A stretch of DNA of 50,582 bases from a virus. The first letter of the stretch is position 1. Every line of letters starts with the position of its first letter. Under the pieces are notes generated by a model. That model saw only the letters and a program-made list of their open reading frames with translations, did no database searches and was not told the origin of the DNA. The DNA is taken from IMG/VR virus record IMGVR_UViG_3300023235_000014; one strand, written 5' to 3'. This document shows positions 8,247-16,762 of this stretch, piece after piece. Both the position numbers and the translations under genes were made by a program.

Positions 8247-8302
8247 TTTGCCTCTTCGTAGCGACCATTTGGTCGATTAGGTTACCAACTAGTGGTATCA
8301 TG

Positions 8303-8326
8303 TGGGCTCAATTAGTTGAACCCATT
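8303..8326 (-). promoter_or_regulatory. Imperfect hairpin carrying the AATGGGTTCAACT motif (terminator and/or weak promoter)
   Basis: Minus strand reads AATGGGTTCAACTAATTGAGCCCACATG, located 5 nt after the stop of gene 8331..8732. It has the same motif as the other four sites but a poor -10. Confidence 0.35.
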
Positions 8327-8330
8327 ATTT

Positions 8331-8732
8331 TCAGGGAGTTTTAAGTTTTTTGGCGGGCGAAAGTAGGTGTAGCGGGACAAGGTACTTCCGATCAAATCCT
8401 AGGATACAAGCCATATGTCTTGTCTTATTCCCAGTTGTGACCAAAAACCTTTTCAAGAACATTCCTAACGCTGGAAGCTCTGGTGACCTTCCTAACCATT
8501 TGTCTTCGTCCCTCGTTAAAGATGAGGATAAAATCCAACTAGGGGCACATTCTTCATACATCCGTGATGAATGATCAAGCACCACTGTTCTAAAAAACTG
8601 TTCCAAGTGCGGCTCAACCCTAATCGAATTACCTTCTGAAGATTCAAAAAGTTCCTCTGACAGAACTCTCCAACAAAGTGACTTTTTGTCGTCATTAATG
8701 TAGACGAGTTTGCCTGGGTGATACTTGGGCAT
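8331..8732 (-). CDS. Paralog-array member P5 (133 aa), HPGKLVYIN family
   Basis: N-terminal MPKYHPGKLVYIND and central RTVVLDHSS align with the KPGQLVVIN ... VMVMRHYV motifs of the other array members. Confidence 0.5.
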   Translation of the reverse strand: MPKYHPGKLVYINDDKKSLCWRVLSEELFESSEGNSIRVEPHLEQFFRTVVLDHSSRMYEECAPSWILSSSLTRDEDKWLGRSPELPALGMFLKRFLVTTGNKTRHMACILGFDRKYLVPLHLLSPAKKLKTP

Positions 8733-8742
8733 CGTTTATTGA

Positions 8743-9219
8743 CTATATCTTAGCAGGTTCGATCAAGGGAATAAACACTAATCCTGGATGCTTCGACAAT
8801 TTTTCTTCTGTAGTGTATTTGAGGAGGGACCTGCCAATACCTTCGTCCTTCTGTACGGCTATGACAGACTCGTACAACTTGTCTCCCGAAAGGAGGATAA
8901 GCGAGGCATAACCCAAATGGTTTAGGGCCCAGGAACCCCTTTTAGCAGATTTCTCGTAATGTTGTTGGCAGTGACACCAAGTAGGTTTTTTCACAACAAG
9001 CAGGATGGCCTCGGTCATAAAGTGCAAATGGGTCTTTGGGCGGCCTAAAGATGTTCCTGGAATTGGTGACTCAAGAGGAAGTGCCAAAAGTGAAAAACGA
9101 GGCCTTATGAGATTTCCAGGTTTCAAAACATCAGATGCATATTTTGCCGCATCAAGTTTGGACTCAAAAAGGGACTTGAGGAAAGCCTGTTTGTTGTATT
9201 CGTAGCTATAGGTTAACAT
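8743..9219 (-). CDS. Paralog-array member P6 (start trimmed to the internal Met; KPGNLI ... ILLVVKKPT)
   Basis: Contains LKPGNLIRPRF and ILLVVKKPTW. The full 197-aa track ORF overlaps P4 by 131 nt, so the internal start at 9219 is used. Confidence 0.4.
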   Translation of the reverse strand: MLTYSYEYNKQAFLKSLFESKLDAAKYASDVLKPGNLIRPRFSLLALPLESPIPGTSLGRPKTHLHFMTEAILLVVKKPTWCHCQQHYEKSAKRGSWALNHLGYASLILLSGDKLYESVIAVQKDEGIGRSLLKYTTEEKLSKHPGLVFIPLIEPAKI

Positions 9220-9547
9220 GTGCCTCGCTATTATTAATAGGTCGTATGATCCCCGAAATGCGACTCTGGAGGTCTCCCATATGGAGTATCTGTTCGTTAT
9301 ACAGAGAGTAGACTCGCAAGTATGGGTTTTTGCCACTTTCGGTTCTAAAGGTCAGGGTATTTACTTTTACTACCATAATAATTGCGTTAGCTGGAACTGG
9401 TACTAATTCAAAATCGCAGCCAACCATAGCGTCCCAAACGTCCCAACCGTCGGCGCCGAGCACCATCTGCGCCGTTTGTGCTCTTATGAAATATGTATCC
9501 ACACAAACCTGGTAGAGCTTACCAGCTCTTATTTTGGGTTCAAACAT
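9206..9547 (-). CDS. Paralog-array member P4 (113 aa; RAGKLYQV ... IIMVVKVNTL)
   Basis: Shares the family motifs. Confidence 0.45.
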   Translation of the reverse strand: MFEPKIRAGKLYQVCVDTYFIRAQTAQMVLGADGWDVWDAMVGCDFELVPVPANAIIMVVKVNTLTFRTESGKNPYLRVYSLYNEQILHMGDLQSRISGIIRPINNSEAHVNL

Positions 9548-9873
9548 GCTGGTATGGTAACATGTTTCCCAACCAAACTTGACTCACTTTGGTTGGTTAA
9601 CCTATTGCCCGATATGTAAAAAAGCCTACTGTCATGCAAGAAGACAAGAACTTCGCTAAACATTGGTTGCTCGGGAGAGTAATGGTTGTGGATACTGCCA
9701 CTGAGGACGTAGTGTCTCATTACCATAACAGAAGCACCTTCTGTCAGATGGTTGGAAACGCCCCAAAAACTTGGCTGTTTCGGGATATCGTCAAGGTCGG
9801 ACAAGCGGTATGCCAGCATGTTTCGGTTTATAACAACTAACTGCCCTGGTTTCAAAGTATTGCAGCTCTGCAT
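9529..9873 (-). CDS. Paralog-array member P1 (114 aa; KPGQLVVIN ... VMVMRHYVLS)
   Basis: Shares the family motifs. Confidence 0.5.
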   Translation of the reverse strand: MQSCNTLKPGQLVVINRNMLAYRLSDLDDIPKQPSFWGVSNHLTEGASVMVMRHYVLSGSIHNHYSPEQPMFSEVLVFLHDSRLFYISGNRLTNQSESSLVGKHVTIPACLNPK

Positions 9874-9897
9874 ATAGGGTAAGTGTGCAGACGGATA

Positions 9898-10290
9898 CTA
9901 TTCTTCACCAATTCTTTGATCTGGGATGGAAAAAATATTCCAGGGTGGCAGATAACAAAAGAATCGAACAATTTTTTCGCCTTGTAACAGGTCAAATTGT
10001 AGTGCTGCCATCATGGCTTGTTCGGTTTCAAGCCTTGGAACTTTAACAAGCAAGAATATTGTGTCTGTCTCAAAAGTCTTGTAGCGATACAGCTCCTCAT
10101 CGTCACCTTTAAGAATACGTACACTAATTGGGTGTTGGTTTACCAGAAGCATTCCAGGTTTATATGCCCGCTCAATTTTTTTCCAAAATAATGGGTTCGG
10201 GTTTTCGGCGTTATTGTACAACATCGAAATATTCGCTCCAAGTGTGGACGGATGTAGATATGCACAACTTCTCCCCGTATAGGAAAACAA
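9898..10290 (-). CDS. Paralog-array member P3 (KPGMLLVNQ ... IFLLVKVPRL); the true start is probably the internal Met at 10224
   Basis: Shares the family motifs. The 5' end overlaps P2. Confidence 0.4.
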   Translation of the reverse strand: MFSYTGRSCAYLHPSTLGANISMLYNNAENPNPLFWKKIERAYKPGMLLVNQHPISVRILKGDDEELYRYKTFETDTIFLLVKVPRLETEQAMMAALQFDLLQGEKIVRFFCYLPPWNIFSIPDQRIGEE

Positions 10291-10510
10291 TGCTTTTTGC
10301 GATAACGGCTGAAGTCCACCCTGGAAAGTAGTGTGTCGTGTCTGTTGGTACCTCTACCACCATTAGAATCTGGTCTCTACTGATTTTGAAGCCTCGAAGT
10401 GTTTTACGCTTGTCTATGGACAACTTTAGTTGATCTGAGAAGTCCAGTGGAATCTCCGAAACCTCCATGGTTGTCTTGGTGACTAGGAGCTGACCAGGTT
10501 TTATTTCCAC
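10211..10510 (-). CDS. Paralog-array member P2 (99 aa; MEIKPGQLLVT ... ILMVVEVPTD)
   Basis: Shares the family motifs. Confidence 0.5.
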   Translation of the reverse strand: MEIKPGQLLVTKTTMEVSEIPLDFSDQLKLSIDKRKTLRGFKISRDQILMVVEVPTDTTHYFPGWTSAVIAKSIVFLYGEKLCISTSVHTWSEYFDVVQ

Positions 10511-10515
10511 ATAAG

Positions 10516-10992
10516 TTAAATAGAGTGTCCATCAATGTCAAACTTAGTGTAATCAAATTCTACGGAAAACTCGCATGCCTCGGGTCTTACTTGAGCAGCA
10601 TAGCCAAAATCAATCGCATGTACAGTAGGCTCGTGGAAAGTCCAGGTTGAAAGTATCGCAGCCTCCTCTTCATCAAGAAAGTTAATTCTGAGTTCTTCCA
10701 TGCCTTCGTTTACCGACCTAAGGATTTCACCAAAGACGCCATTTTTGTGGCTACCATTGAATGTGAAGAGCAGATAGCCCTTCTCTGAATAGCCAACTTT
10801 GGGATTTAAATCGTTGAATATGTATTTGGGAAGAATAATGCTTTTTATGTCTTCCTGCTCAACTTCTAATCCTTCCACAAAGAAGTGGTCCTTGTGGACT
10901 GGTTCCCCAGGAGCGGGTTCTGCTGGAAGCTTTGCTGTCTTTCCTGACTCAATGGGGCCTTGAAACGTTGGCTCTTGATGTTCTTCACTCAT
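10516..10992 (-). CDS. Hypothetical acidic protein (158 aa)
   Basis: ORF on the local coding strand. Confidence 0.45.
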   Translation of the reverse strand: MSEEHQEPTFQGPIESGKTAKLPAEPAPGEPVHKDHFFVEGLEVEQEDIKSIILPKYIFNDLNPKVGYSEKGYLLFTFNGSHKNGVFGEILRSVNEGMEELRINFLDEEEAAILSTWTFHEPTVHAIDFGYAAQVRPEACEFSVEFDYTKFDIDGHSI

Positions 10993-11048
10993 ACCTGTAT
11001 TGTGCTTTCTGTTCTACCATTTGGATCACCTGCCTTGTTCAAATAACG

Positions 11049-11693
11049 TTACCAGGTTGAAGGATTTGTGTAGATGTCAGTCTTACTGGTTTTCCCATCC
11101 AAGATGTCATCAATTTTTCCGAAGCGTACTTCACTCTTGGCTCCTCGGGCATGCTGCTCCATAATATTGTCATAATAGGCTCGTCCTCGGTGCTCCCCAA
11201 CCATATTGGTAACTGATTCAAGAACAATTGACAGTTTCGTAACGAGGAGAGAACTCGGACAGATTAGCCATATGAGAAGTCCTAGCCACCATAGTCCTGT
11301 GCCAATGGTTGCAAGCCCCACAAAAAGCCCCAAAAGCCCAAAAGTGAACCCTCGTTGTACTGATTGGCGAACATGCCTCATTTCGTGGTGTAATGTAAAT
11401 GTGTTCATTCCATTTTCAGAAAGCATGATGGCGTAAGGGAACAAAGCAGTGCCGTTCCAGGGTTTCTTGTGCTTAGAGCCATCTGAGTAAGTCTTTTCAA
11501 GGAGGTACCACCCTCCAAACTTTTTCTCATCATTGACAGGCCAAGAGTCATTTCTCAGAACGGTACAAAGTGCACCTTCCCACCAGAAAAGCCGCCGACC
11601 CCACATTGCATGGATGACCAAAACTACCAGCCAGCCAAAAAGGGCAAGTAGTGGCACAGAGCATATTCTCAATATCGTAAAAAATGTATTCAT
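11049..11693 (-). CDS. Integral membrane protein with an HExxH motif (possible membrane zinc metallopeptidase-like)
   Basis: Several hydrophobic helices (LLALFGWLVVLVIHAMW, FGLLGLFVGLATIGTGLWWLGLLIWLI) flank LHHEMRHVRQ. Confidence 0.45.
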   Translation of the reverse strand: MNTFFTILRICSVPLLALFGWLVVLVIHAMWGRRLFWWEGALCTVLRNDSWPVNDEKKFGGWYLLEKTYSDGSKHKKPWNGTALFPYAIMLSENGMNTFTLHHEMRHVRQSVQRGFTFGLLGLFVGLATIGTGLWWLGLLIWLICPSSLLVTKLSIVLESVTNMVGEHRGRAYYDNIMEQHARGAKSEVRFGKIDDILDGKTSKTDIYTNPSTW

Positions 11694-11709
11694 GTTGTAC
11701 GTTCCTGTG

Positions 11710-14700
11710 TTAGGCGAGAACTTTCGATTCGATGCCGTCGTTTTTGACTTCGATCATTCGTTCAGCAACCTCCTTGACTGGAGTGACATGCGAAATCACA
11801 AGAATCGTCTTGAAGTACCCACGAAGGAAGGTAAGCATATCCATACAGCTCTGGATGTTATTTTCATCCAACGCACCGAAGCCCTCATCGATAATGAGCA
11901 CATCGGGTTTTGGAAGCGACGATAGGTTGATTAACGCAGCCCTTAGGGCCATGCTTGCAATTGTCTTTTCCATGCCAGAAGCCAACTCGATAATACGCTG
12001 GCTGTGTTCATCCTGAATATAGACGTCCATGACATTGGAGTTAATATCAGTCTCCAGACCAATCTTGAAGTCGGTGATACCCTCAAGAATCTTTGACAGT
12101 TCTTCGTTGATGGCAGGAAGCTGGGACTTGAGGACCATAGCGGGGATTCCCGTCTTTGAGAATGCGGATAGGATGGAGTCATAAATCTTCAATTTGCCTA
12201 TCAACGATTTTGTTTCTTCCTCTTCCATAATAAGGTTTTTCAACCCCTCTTTCTTGCCGCCTAGTTTTACCAGGGTTTCCTGGCGCCTTGTTTCAATATC
12301 CGCAACTAGTTGACGACATTTATCAAGCTGAATTTTCTTCTTCTCATACTCTTTGCCCTCTAACACGTTGACCTTCTTCTTCAATGAAGAAATTTCGTCC
12401 TTGATTTTCTTGACTTCAAGTTTTGTTGATGTGAACTCCTTTTTCAGGAGTTCACGGTGCTTTTTGCTTGATTCAATAGTGCGAATAAGATCAAATTCCT
12501 GACGGTCCAAGGTTTGGTGTGTGGTAATCTGCTCACGAAGTTTTTTAGCAACGTACTCTTCAAAAGTCTTTTCATTTATCTCATATTGGGACGTGAGTTT
12601 CTTTACCAGCTCTTCTTGAGTTTTAACCTTCTTTTTGTCTCGGTGACCGTCTTTGATATAATGGCAGTCTGGAAACTGGTCACCACAAGGCACGACTTCC
12701 AGTTTTTTGATGTTCTTTTTCTGGTTGTTTAGTACGGCCTTGTGCGAGTTCAGCTCTGCTCTAAGTTCATGCAAAAGCGACTTTAAGGATTCAAATTCTT
12801 CAAGCTGTTCCTTGAGCGACACAACGTCGATTTTCTTCTTGTCAGCCTTTACGTCTTTCAGCTTAGTTTCATTAGATTTGAGTCCTGATTTTAGTCTTAC
12901 AAGACTGTCTGACTTTGCCTTGACAGTCTTTTCACCAGCAATCACCTTTCGCTCCAGCTCTTCCATGTGAGCGAGGTCGACATCCGCAGCATTTTTTTCG
13001 TGATGCATCAGCCAAAGCTTGACTGAATCCTTTTGCTCACGGAGTTTTCGTAGTCGCTCCTCAAGTGAGCCAACTTCATTTTCTCCCTGGGCAATTATCT
13101 TCCTCGTTTTCACGATTTGATTGCTTACGGTCTGTGGTGAAAGAGAGTTTCCACGAGTGTTAAGTCCGCTGTAATCATCCTTGCAGAGGTAATAGAGGTT
13201 GTCAAATATATCAAGTTCTAGGAAGCGAGCCAGAATTTTCTTTCGCTCTGTTGGGCCTTCCTTGATAAAGCGATCTACCGAGCCCTGAGAGGACAGGGCA
13301 GTCAGTAGAAAGTCATTGGATGTTCCGACAAGCTTTCTGATTTCTTTGTCCGTGTCGTCACGAGTGACGGAGTTCATAACCACTTTTTTCTCGTGACCTG
13401 TTACTTCATCCCGTTCAATGCGATAGAAATTCAAAGTGGTGGTGGTCTTGTTCGGGTCTCGCTTTGAAGTCTTCTTTTTAGGGACGACCCTAGTGCTCTT
13501 TCGTTCAACGATATAATCCGTGCCACCCACATTGATACGGACCTTACCACGACACCAATTTTTACGTCGGTTAATGATGTGAGCATTTTTCATCGGACCA
13601 CGATCGGTGGTGTTGTACAAAACATACATCAAGGCTCCGACAATGCTGCTTTTCCCTATCTTGTTTGGACCGAAAATACCTACTATGCCCTCTAGGTCTG
13701 AGAAATCAATTTTATTGCCTTCGCCGTAACGGAAAATGTTGTCAAACTCCAGATATTTGATCGACCAGTTGGTTGTCCTGGCAATTTTGTCTGAGTCTCG
13801 AATCATGAGCTTTGACATGTAACCACGAATAAGCTGGTCTGCTTCTTCGATAGCATCACGGTCAAAGTTGTAGCTAGCGATATGAGCTGTTAGATAATCT
13901 AAGTAAAGCCGAACAACTGCGTCTGGATCCTGCCTTAGGCTTTTTTTGGAAATCTTAAGGTTGTCATTTGTAGACACATGGTCCATTCTTGACAACATAT
14001 TGTATTTAAAGACTACCTCAGAAGCTTTCTTCTCTTCCCTGAGCGAATGGACCAATTTTCGGGCTTCGACACTAGGAATTGCTGAAGAGGAGGACACACG
14101 GAAACGGCTGCCCTTGAGGAAAGCTCGTGTGCCCCTTGAATCCTTGACTTTTTGCAGTGTGTTTTCAACTGAGCCTTCCCAGCCAATGGTTATAAAGGGC
14201 ATGCGGTTCTCAAGCTCATGGAACTTGATGGACCAGTCATCCTTGTCCTTTATGTCCCAAATCAAGTAACCCTTCTTTTCGGATTCTCCGAAGTTTTGTT
14301 GAATCAGGGAGCCAGGGTAAGCCATCCAAGGCTTAAGTTTTCCATTTTTGTCTTTACGCTGTGCTAGAGTCTGGTGCTTGTGAATGTCACCAAGCAAAGT
14401 AAAATCAAACTGTGCAAAGTCAGTAGTCACTGCTTCGGCGATGCCTTCTGGCATCTTCCAGTTGTTGTCCATTAAAGAACCTGCAACCGAACCGTGGTAT
14501 AATGCTATATTGATCGCCCCTTCGATAGGTTTGACTTTGGGCCAGCCCTTTTGATCAAAAGGGGAATATACACACAGATGGACGTCTTTTCCTTTAACTT
14601 TCTCGCTGAGTTTGAAAGTTCCTGATTCACGTAGTAGGTGAGCACGAGGGTGCGCAATGGATTCGTGAATTGGTGTGATTGTATCCTTGCGATATAAATT

Positions 14701-14958
14701 CGTCAGATTGCCATCGTGATTCCCTAAGATGGTGTAAGACGGTGCGATGTCCGCAAGCGAGCGAAACATCCAAGCAAGCCGTTCAATGATTTCTGGTGTT
14801 ATACCCTGGGTTTTGGTATGGAACGTATCCCCTGTATTCACAATTAGGTCTGGCTTGTGGTGTCGAAGCTCTTCAAAAAGACGTTCAAAAGCTTGAACGT
14901 ACTCTTTATGACGAGAAATGCCACGCCAATGTATGTCGGAGATGTGAGCAATTTTCAT
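11710..14958 (-). CDS. Mre11-Rad50 fusion (SbcD nuclease fused to SbcC ATPase; T4 gp47+gp46 equivalents in one 1082-aa polypeptide)
   Basis: N-terminal calcineurin-like phosphoesterase motifs HISDIHW, GDTFH, GNHD, HGS and GDIHKHQ (Mre11 motifs I to V). Walker A GIFGPNKIGKSS. Long coiled-coil. Signature LASGMEK, Walker B VLIIDEGF and D-loop ALD at the C-terminus. Start taken at the ATG at 14958 (MKIAHISDIHWRG), with AAGGA 9 nt upstream; the longer track start at 15030 is rejected. Confidence 0.85.
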   Translation of the reverse strand: MKIAHISDIHWRGISRHKEYVQAFERLFEELRHHKPDLIVNTGDTFHTKTQGITPEIIERLAWMFRSLADIAPSYTILGNHDGNLTNLYRKDTITPIHESIAHPRAHLLRESGTFKLSEKVKGKDVHLCVYSPFDQKGWPKVKPIEGAINIALYHGSVAGSLMDNNWKMPEGIAEAVTTDFAQFDFTLLGDIHKHQTLAQRKDKNGKLKPWMAYPGSLIQQNFGESEKKGYLIWDIKDKDDWSIKFHELENRMPFITIGWEGSVENTLQKVKDSRGTRAFLKGSRFRVSSSSAIPSVEARKLVHSLREEKKASEVVFKYNMLSRMDHVSTNDNLKISKKSLRQDPDAVVRLYLDYLTAHIASYNFDRDAIEEADQLIRGYMSKLMIRDSDKIARTTNWSIKYLEFDNIFRYGEGNKIDFSDLEGIVGIFGPNKIGKSSIVGALMYVLYNTTDRGPMKNAHIINRRKNWCRGKVRINVGGTDYIVERKSTRVVPKKKTSKRDPNKTTTTLNFYRIERDEVTGHEKKVVMNSVTRDDTDKEIRKLVGTSNDFLLTALSSQGSVDRFIKEGPTERKKILARFLELDIFDNLYYLCKDDYSGLNTRGNSLSPQTVSNQIVKTRKIIAQGENEVGSLEERLRKLREQKDSVKLWLMHHEKNAADVDLAHMEELERKVIAGEKTVKAKSDSLVRLKSGLKSNETKLKDVKADKKKIDVVSLKEQLEEFESLKSLLHELRAELNSHKAVLNNQKKNIKKLEVVPCGDQFPDCHYIKDGHRDKKKVKTQEELVKKLTSQYEINEKTFEEYVAKKLREQITTHQTLDRQEFDLIRTIESSKKHRELLKKEFTSTKLEVKKIKDEISSLKKKVNVLEGKEYEKKKIQLDKCRQLVADIETRRQETLVKLGGKKEGLKNLIMEEEETKSLIGKLKIYDSILSAFSKTGIPAMVLKSQLPAINEELSKILEGITDFKIGLETDINSNVMDVYIQDEHSQRIIELASGMEKTIASMALRAALINLSSLPKPDVLIIDEGFGALDENNIQSCMDMLTFLRGYFKTILVISHVTPVKEVAERMIEVKNDGIESKVLA

Positions 14959-14961
14959 ATT
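14920..14961. repeat. Copy A of a 45-nt duplicated block (true mre11 5' end)
   Basis: gccacgccaatgtatgtcggagatgtgagcaattttcatatt, compared with copy B at 15606..15647, gccacgccaatgaataccagatatgtgagcaattttcatatt. The flanks are identical (20 and 13 nt). The central 12 nt have 5 substitutions. Confidence 0.8.
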
Positions 14962-15644
14962 GAGTCCTTTTTCAGAAGGGCTTTGGTCCGAGCCCCCCAA
15001 GTTTTTGTTTTTTTGTGGCATGAAATACAAAGTGTTCTTCCGTTACCAATATCCCACAGTTCGACACATTTCACAGCTTCCTCCAGGGTCTCGATGGCAT
15101 TTCTCTGTATCAACAGAGCCAGAGGAACAATATGGTCTGCATTCAGATTTCCACCTTTTGTTTTGCAAAATTGACAGGTGTAATCATCTTTTTCAAAAAC
15201 TGCTTGCCGCCAATTCTTGGATTCAATTCTATCTCGCAAGGCTTTGTTTAAGGTTTTCTTGTGTTGGTCTACTGGTTTCCAGTTGGGACTCTTCCTCCCA
15301 GCCAACCTTCCTTTGTTTGCCTTGCTTATTTTGTTCTTGGTGTGGTCAGAATGAGTTTTTCCAAAAAATCCATTGTTCTTACCACAAGTCGCCCGAGACA
15401 TCTTTTCCAAAGATTGCCTTGTGTGCTTACGACCAAAAAAAGCATTTTTGTTGCCCTGGGCAGCTTCTGTTCTAGTTCTTCTCGGGATGCCAAATTTAAT
15501 CAACTTGGCTCGCACAGTCGCATACGTAACGCCAAACAACTCTGCAACTTGCCTTAAAGATAACTCTTGTGTGCAATACAGTTTGGTAAGTGTTTCTTTG
15601 TTAGTGCCACGCCAATGAATACCAGATATGTGAGCAATTTTCAT
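14955..15644 (-). CDS. HNH homing endonuclease (N-terminal HTH, NUMOD3-like repeats, C-terminal HNH); its first 13 codons duplicate the mre11 start
   Basis: MKIAHISGIHWRG, then LRQVAELFGVTYATVRAKLIKFGIP (HTH), then GKTHSDHTKNKISKANKG (NUMOD3-like), then CQFC...NADHIVP...NGRTLCISCH (HNH). The stop TGA overlaps the mre11 ATG. Confidence 0.85.
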   Translation of the reverse strand: MKIAHISGIHWRGTNKETLTKLYCTQELSLRQVAELFGVTYATVRAKLIKFGIPRRTRTEAAQGNKNAFFGRKHTRQSLEKMSRATCGKNNGFFGKTHSDHTKNKISKANKGRLAGRKSPNWKPVDQHKKTLNKALRDRIESKNWRQAVFEKDDYTCQFCKTKGGNLNADHIVPLALLIQRNAIETLEEAVKCVELWDIGNGRTLCISCHKKTKTWGARTKALLKKDSI

Positions 15645-15647
15645 ATT
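15606..15647. repeat. Copy B of the duplicated block (5' end of the HNH endonuclease ORF)
   Basis: See copy A. Confidence 0.8.
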
Positions 15648-15721
15648 ATTTTACGATCTATGAGTAACTACTTTCTTCCCATGCACACAATGTATGAAAT
15701 GAGTAAATTCAAAACTCTTTG

Positions 15722-16750
15722 TTAATTTAACAGAGACGTGATTCTCATTCTGAGTTCGTAGTTCTCTGTAAGAGGTTTAGCAGAGTTGAGTAGTTTCATA
15801 AACTCGTTTCGAGTCATGTCGCCGATATCCTTGTCCCAGGAGGGGTATTCGAGAATCCGAACTGATATATCAAACTCTGCCAGGCGTTTTGCAAGCCTAA
15901 ATTGTTTTTTCTGAGCCTTGGGTTCAGGGTCAAATGCCAATACAACTGGTGTCTTATTGATAACGATTTTCTGTAAAAGCGCAAATTCTAAAGTCAATTC
16001 CTCAGAGCCAAGAACCGCTGTAGCATTCTGGTTCGCCTTCAGCAAATCAAAGGGGCCTTCGACTATAGTCAAGGGCTCTTCCCAATCAATGTTCAATTCA
16101 TTGAAGATTATCTTACGTCGGTCGCTTGGCGGGTTCTTGTAATTGAACATTGGCTTCCTTGTCCAGGAACGAGCCGTCCAATAAGATAGTTCTCCGCTTG
16201 AATCATAAGACGGAATGATAATGCGATACTTGCACCTAGCTTCACGGTCTTCTGTGATGCCAAGCTTCCAATACCACAACTCAGTCCTTGTATTTATATT
16301 CCTCGATTTTAAATATTCGAGTGCCTGTTGCACATAACGTCGTGTGACAGGAGAATGTATGGAGTCGAAGTCCCTGACAAGCTCTGCCAATAACTTAAAA
16401 CCCGCTGGGAGTTCGACAACAGTTTCTTCTGGCCCTTCATCCGAATCCTGGGCCTCAAGCTCCTCAGCGTTTACAAAAGATTCCTTGTACTCTTTGAGAT
16501 TTGCAGGATGGTATTTGGCGATAAGCTTGTAGATGTTGCGAGCCTTATACCCACAAACCCAACAGTGAACAAAATGCGGATGAACCGTCTTAATGACCAG
16601 CTTCTGCTTAGTGTAAGATGAACCTTTAAATTGCCTGCACATAGGACAAACGACGGAAAAGTTTTTCCCGCCGTTTGAAGGTTTTCCATCGCCAAAAACC
16701 TTTTCTATGAAGTCAATTGCTTGACCTTGTGTGAAATAATTTTGACTCAT
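15722..16750 (-). CDS. DNA primase (T4 gp61 / DnaG-like: zinc ribbon plus TOPRIM)
   Basis: CPMC...HCWVC zinc-binding domain, TOPRIM IVEGPFDLL (EGxxD), and acidic DxD-type residues downstream. Confidence 0.8.
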   Translation of the reverse strand: MSQNYFTQGQAIDFIEKVFGDGKPSNGGKNFSVVCPMCRQFKGSSYTKQKLVIKTVHPHFVHCWVCGYKARNIYKLIAKYHPANLKEYKESFVNAEELEAQDSDEGPEETVVELPAGFKLLAELVRDFDSIHSPVTRRYVQQALEYLKSRNINTRTELWYWKLGITEDREARCKYRIIIPSYDSSGELSYWTARSWTRKPMFNYKNPPSDRRKIIFNELNIDWEEPLTIVEGPFDLLKANQNATAVLGSEELTLEFALLQKIVINKTPVVLAFDPEPKAQKKQFRLAKRLAEFDISVRILEYPSWDKDIGDMTRNEFMKLLNSAKPLTENYELRMRITSLLN

Positions 16751-16762
16751 CTGACTTCTGTC

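Noticed and set aside
11710-15030. Longer 1106-aa form of mre11-rad50 starting at 15030
   Set aside because: The extra 24 codons run through the endonuclease gene's 3' end. The ATG at 14958 has an AAGGA SD and begins the conserved MKIAHISDIHW phosphoesterase motif I.
14955-15644. Group I intron or intein explanation for the HNH gene at the mre11 5' end
   Set aside because: The target gene is not interrupted. mre11-rad50 restarts from its own ATG with a full N-terminus. The endonuclease ORF is flanked by a diverged direct duplication, not by exon continuity. No intron-like structured RNA core or intein splice motifs are visible.
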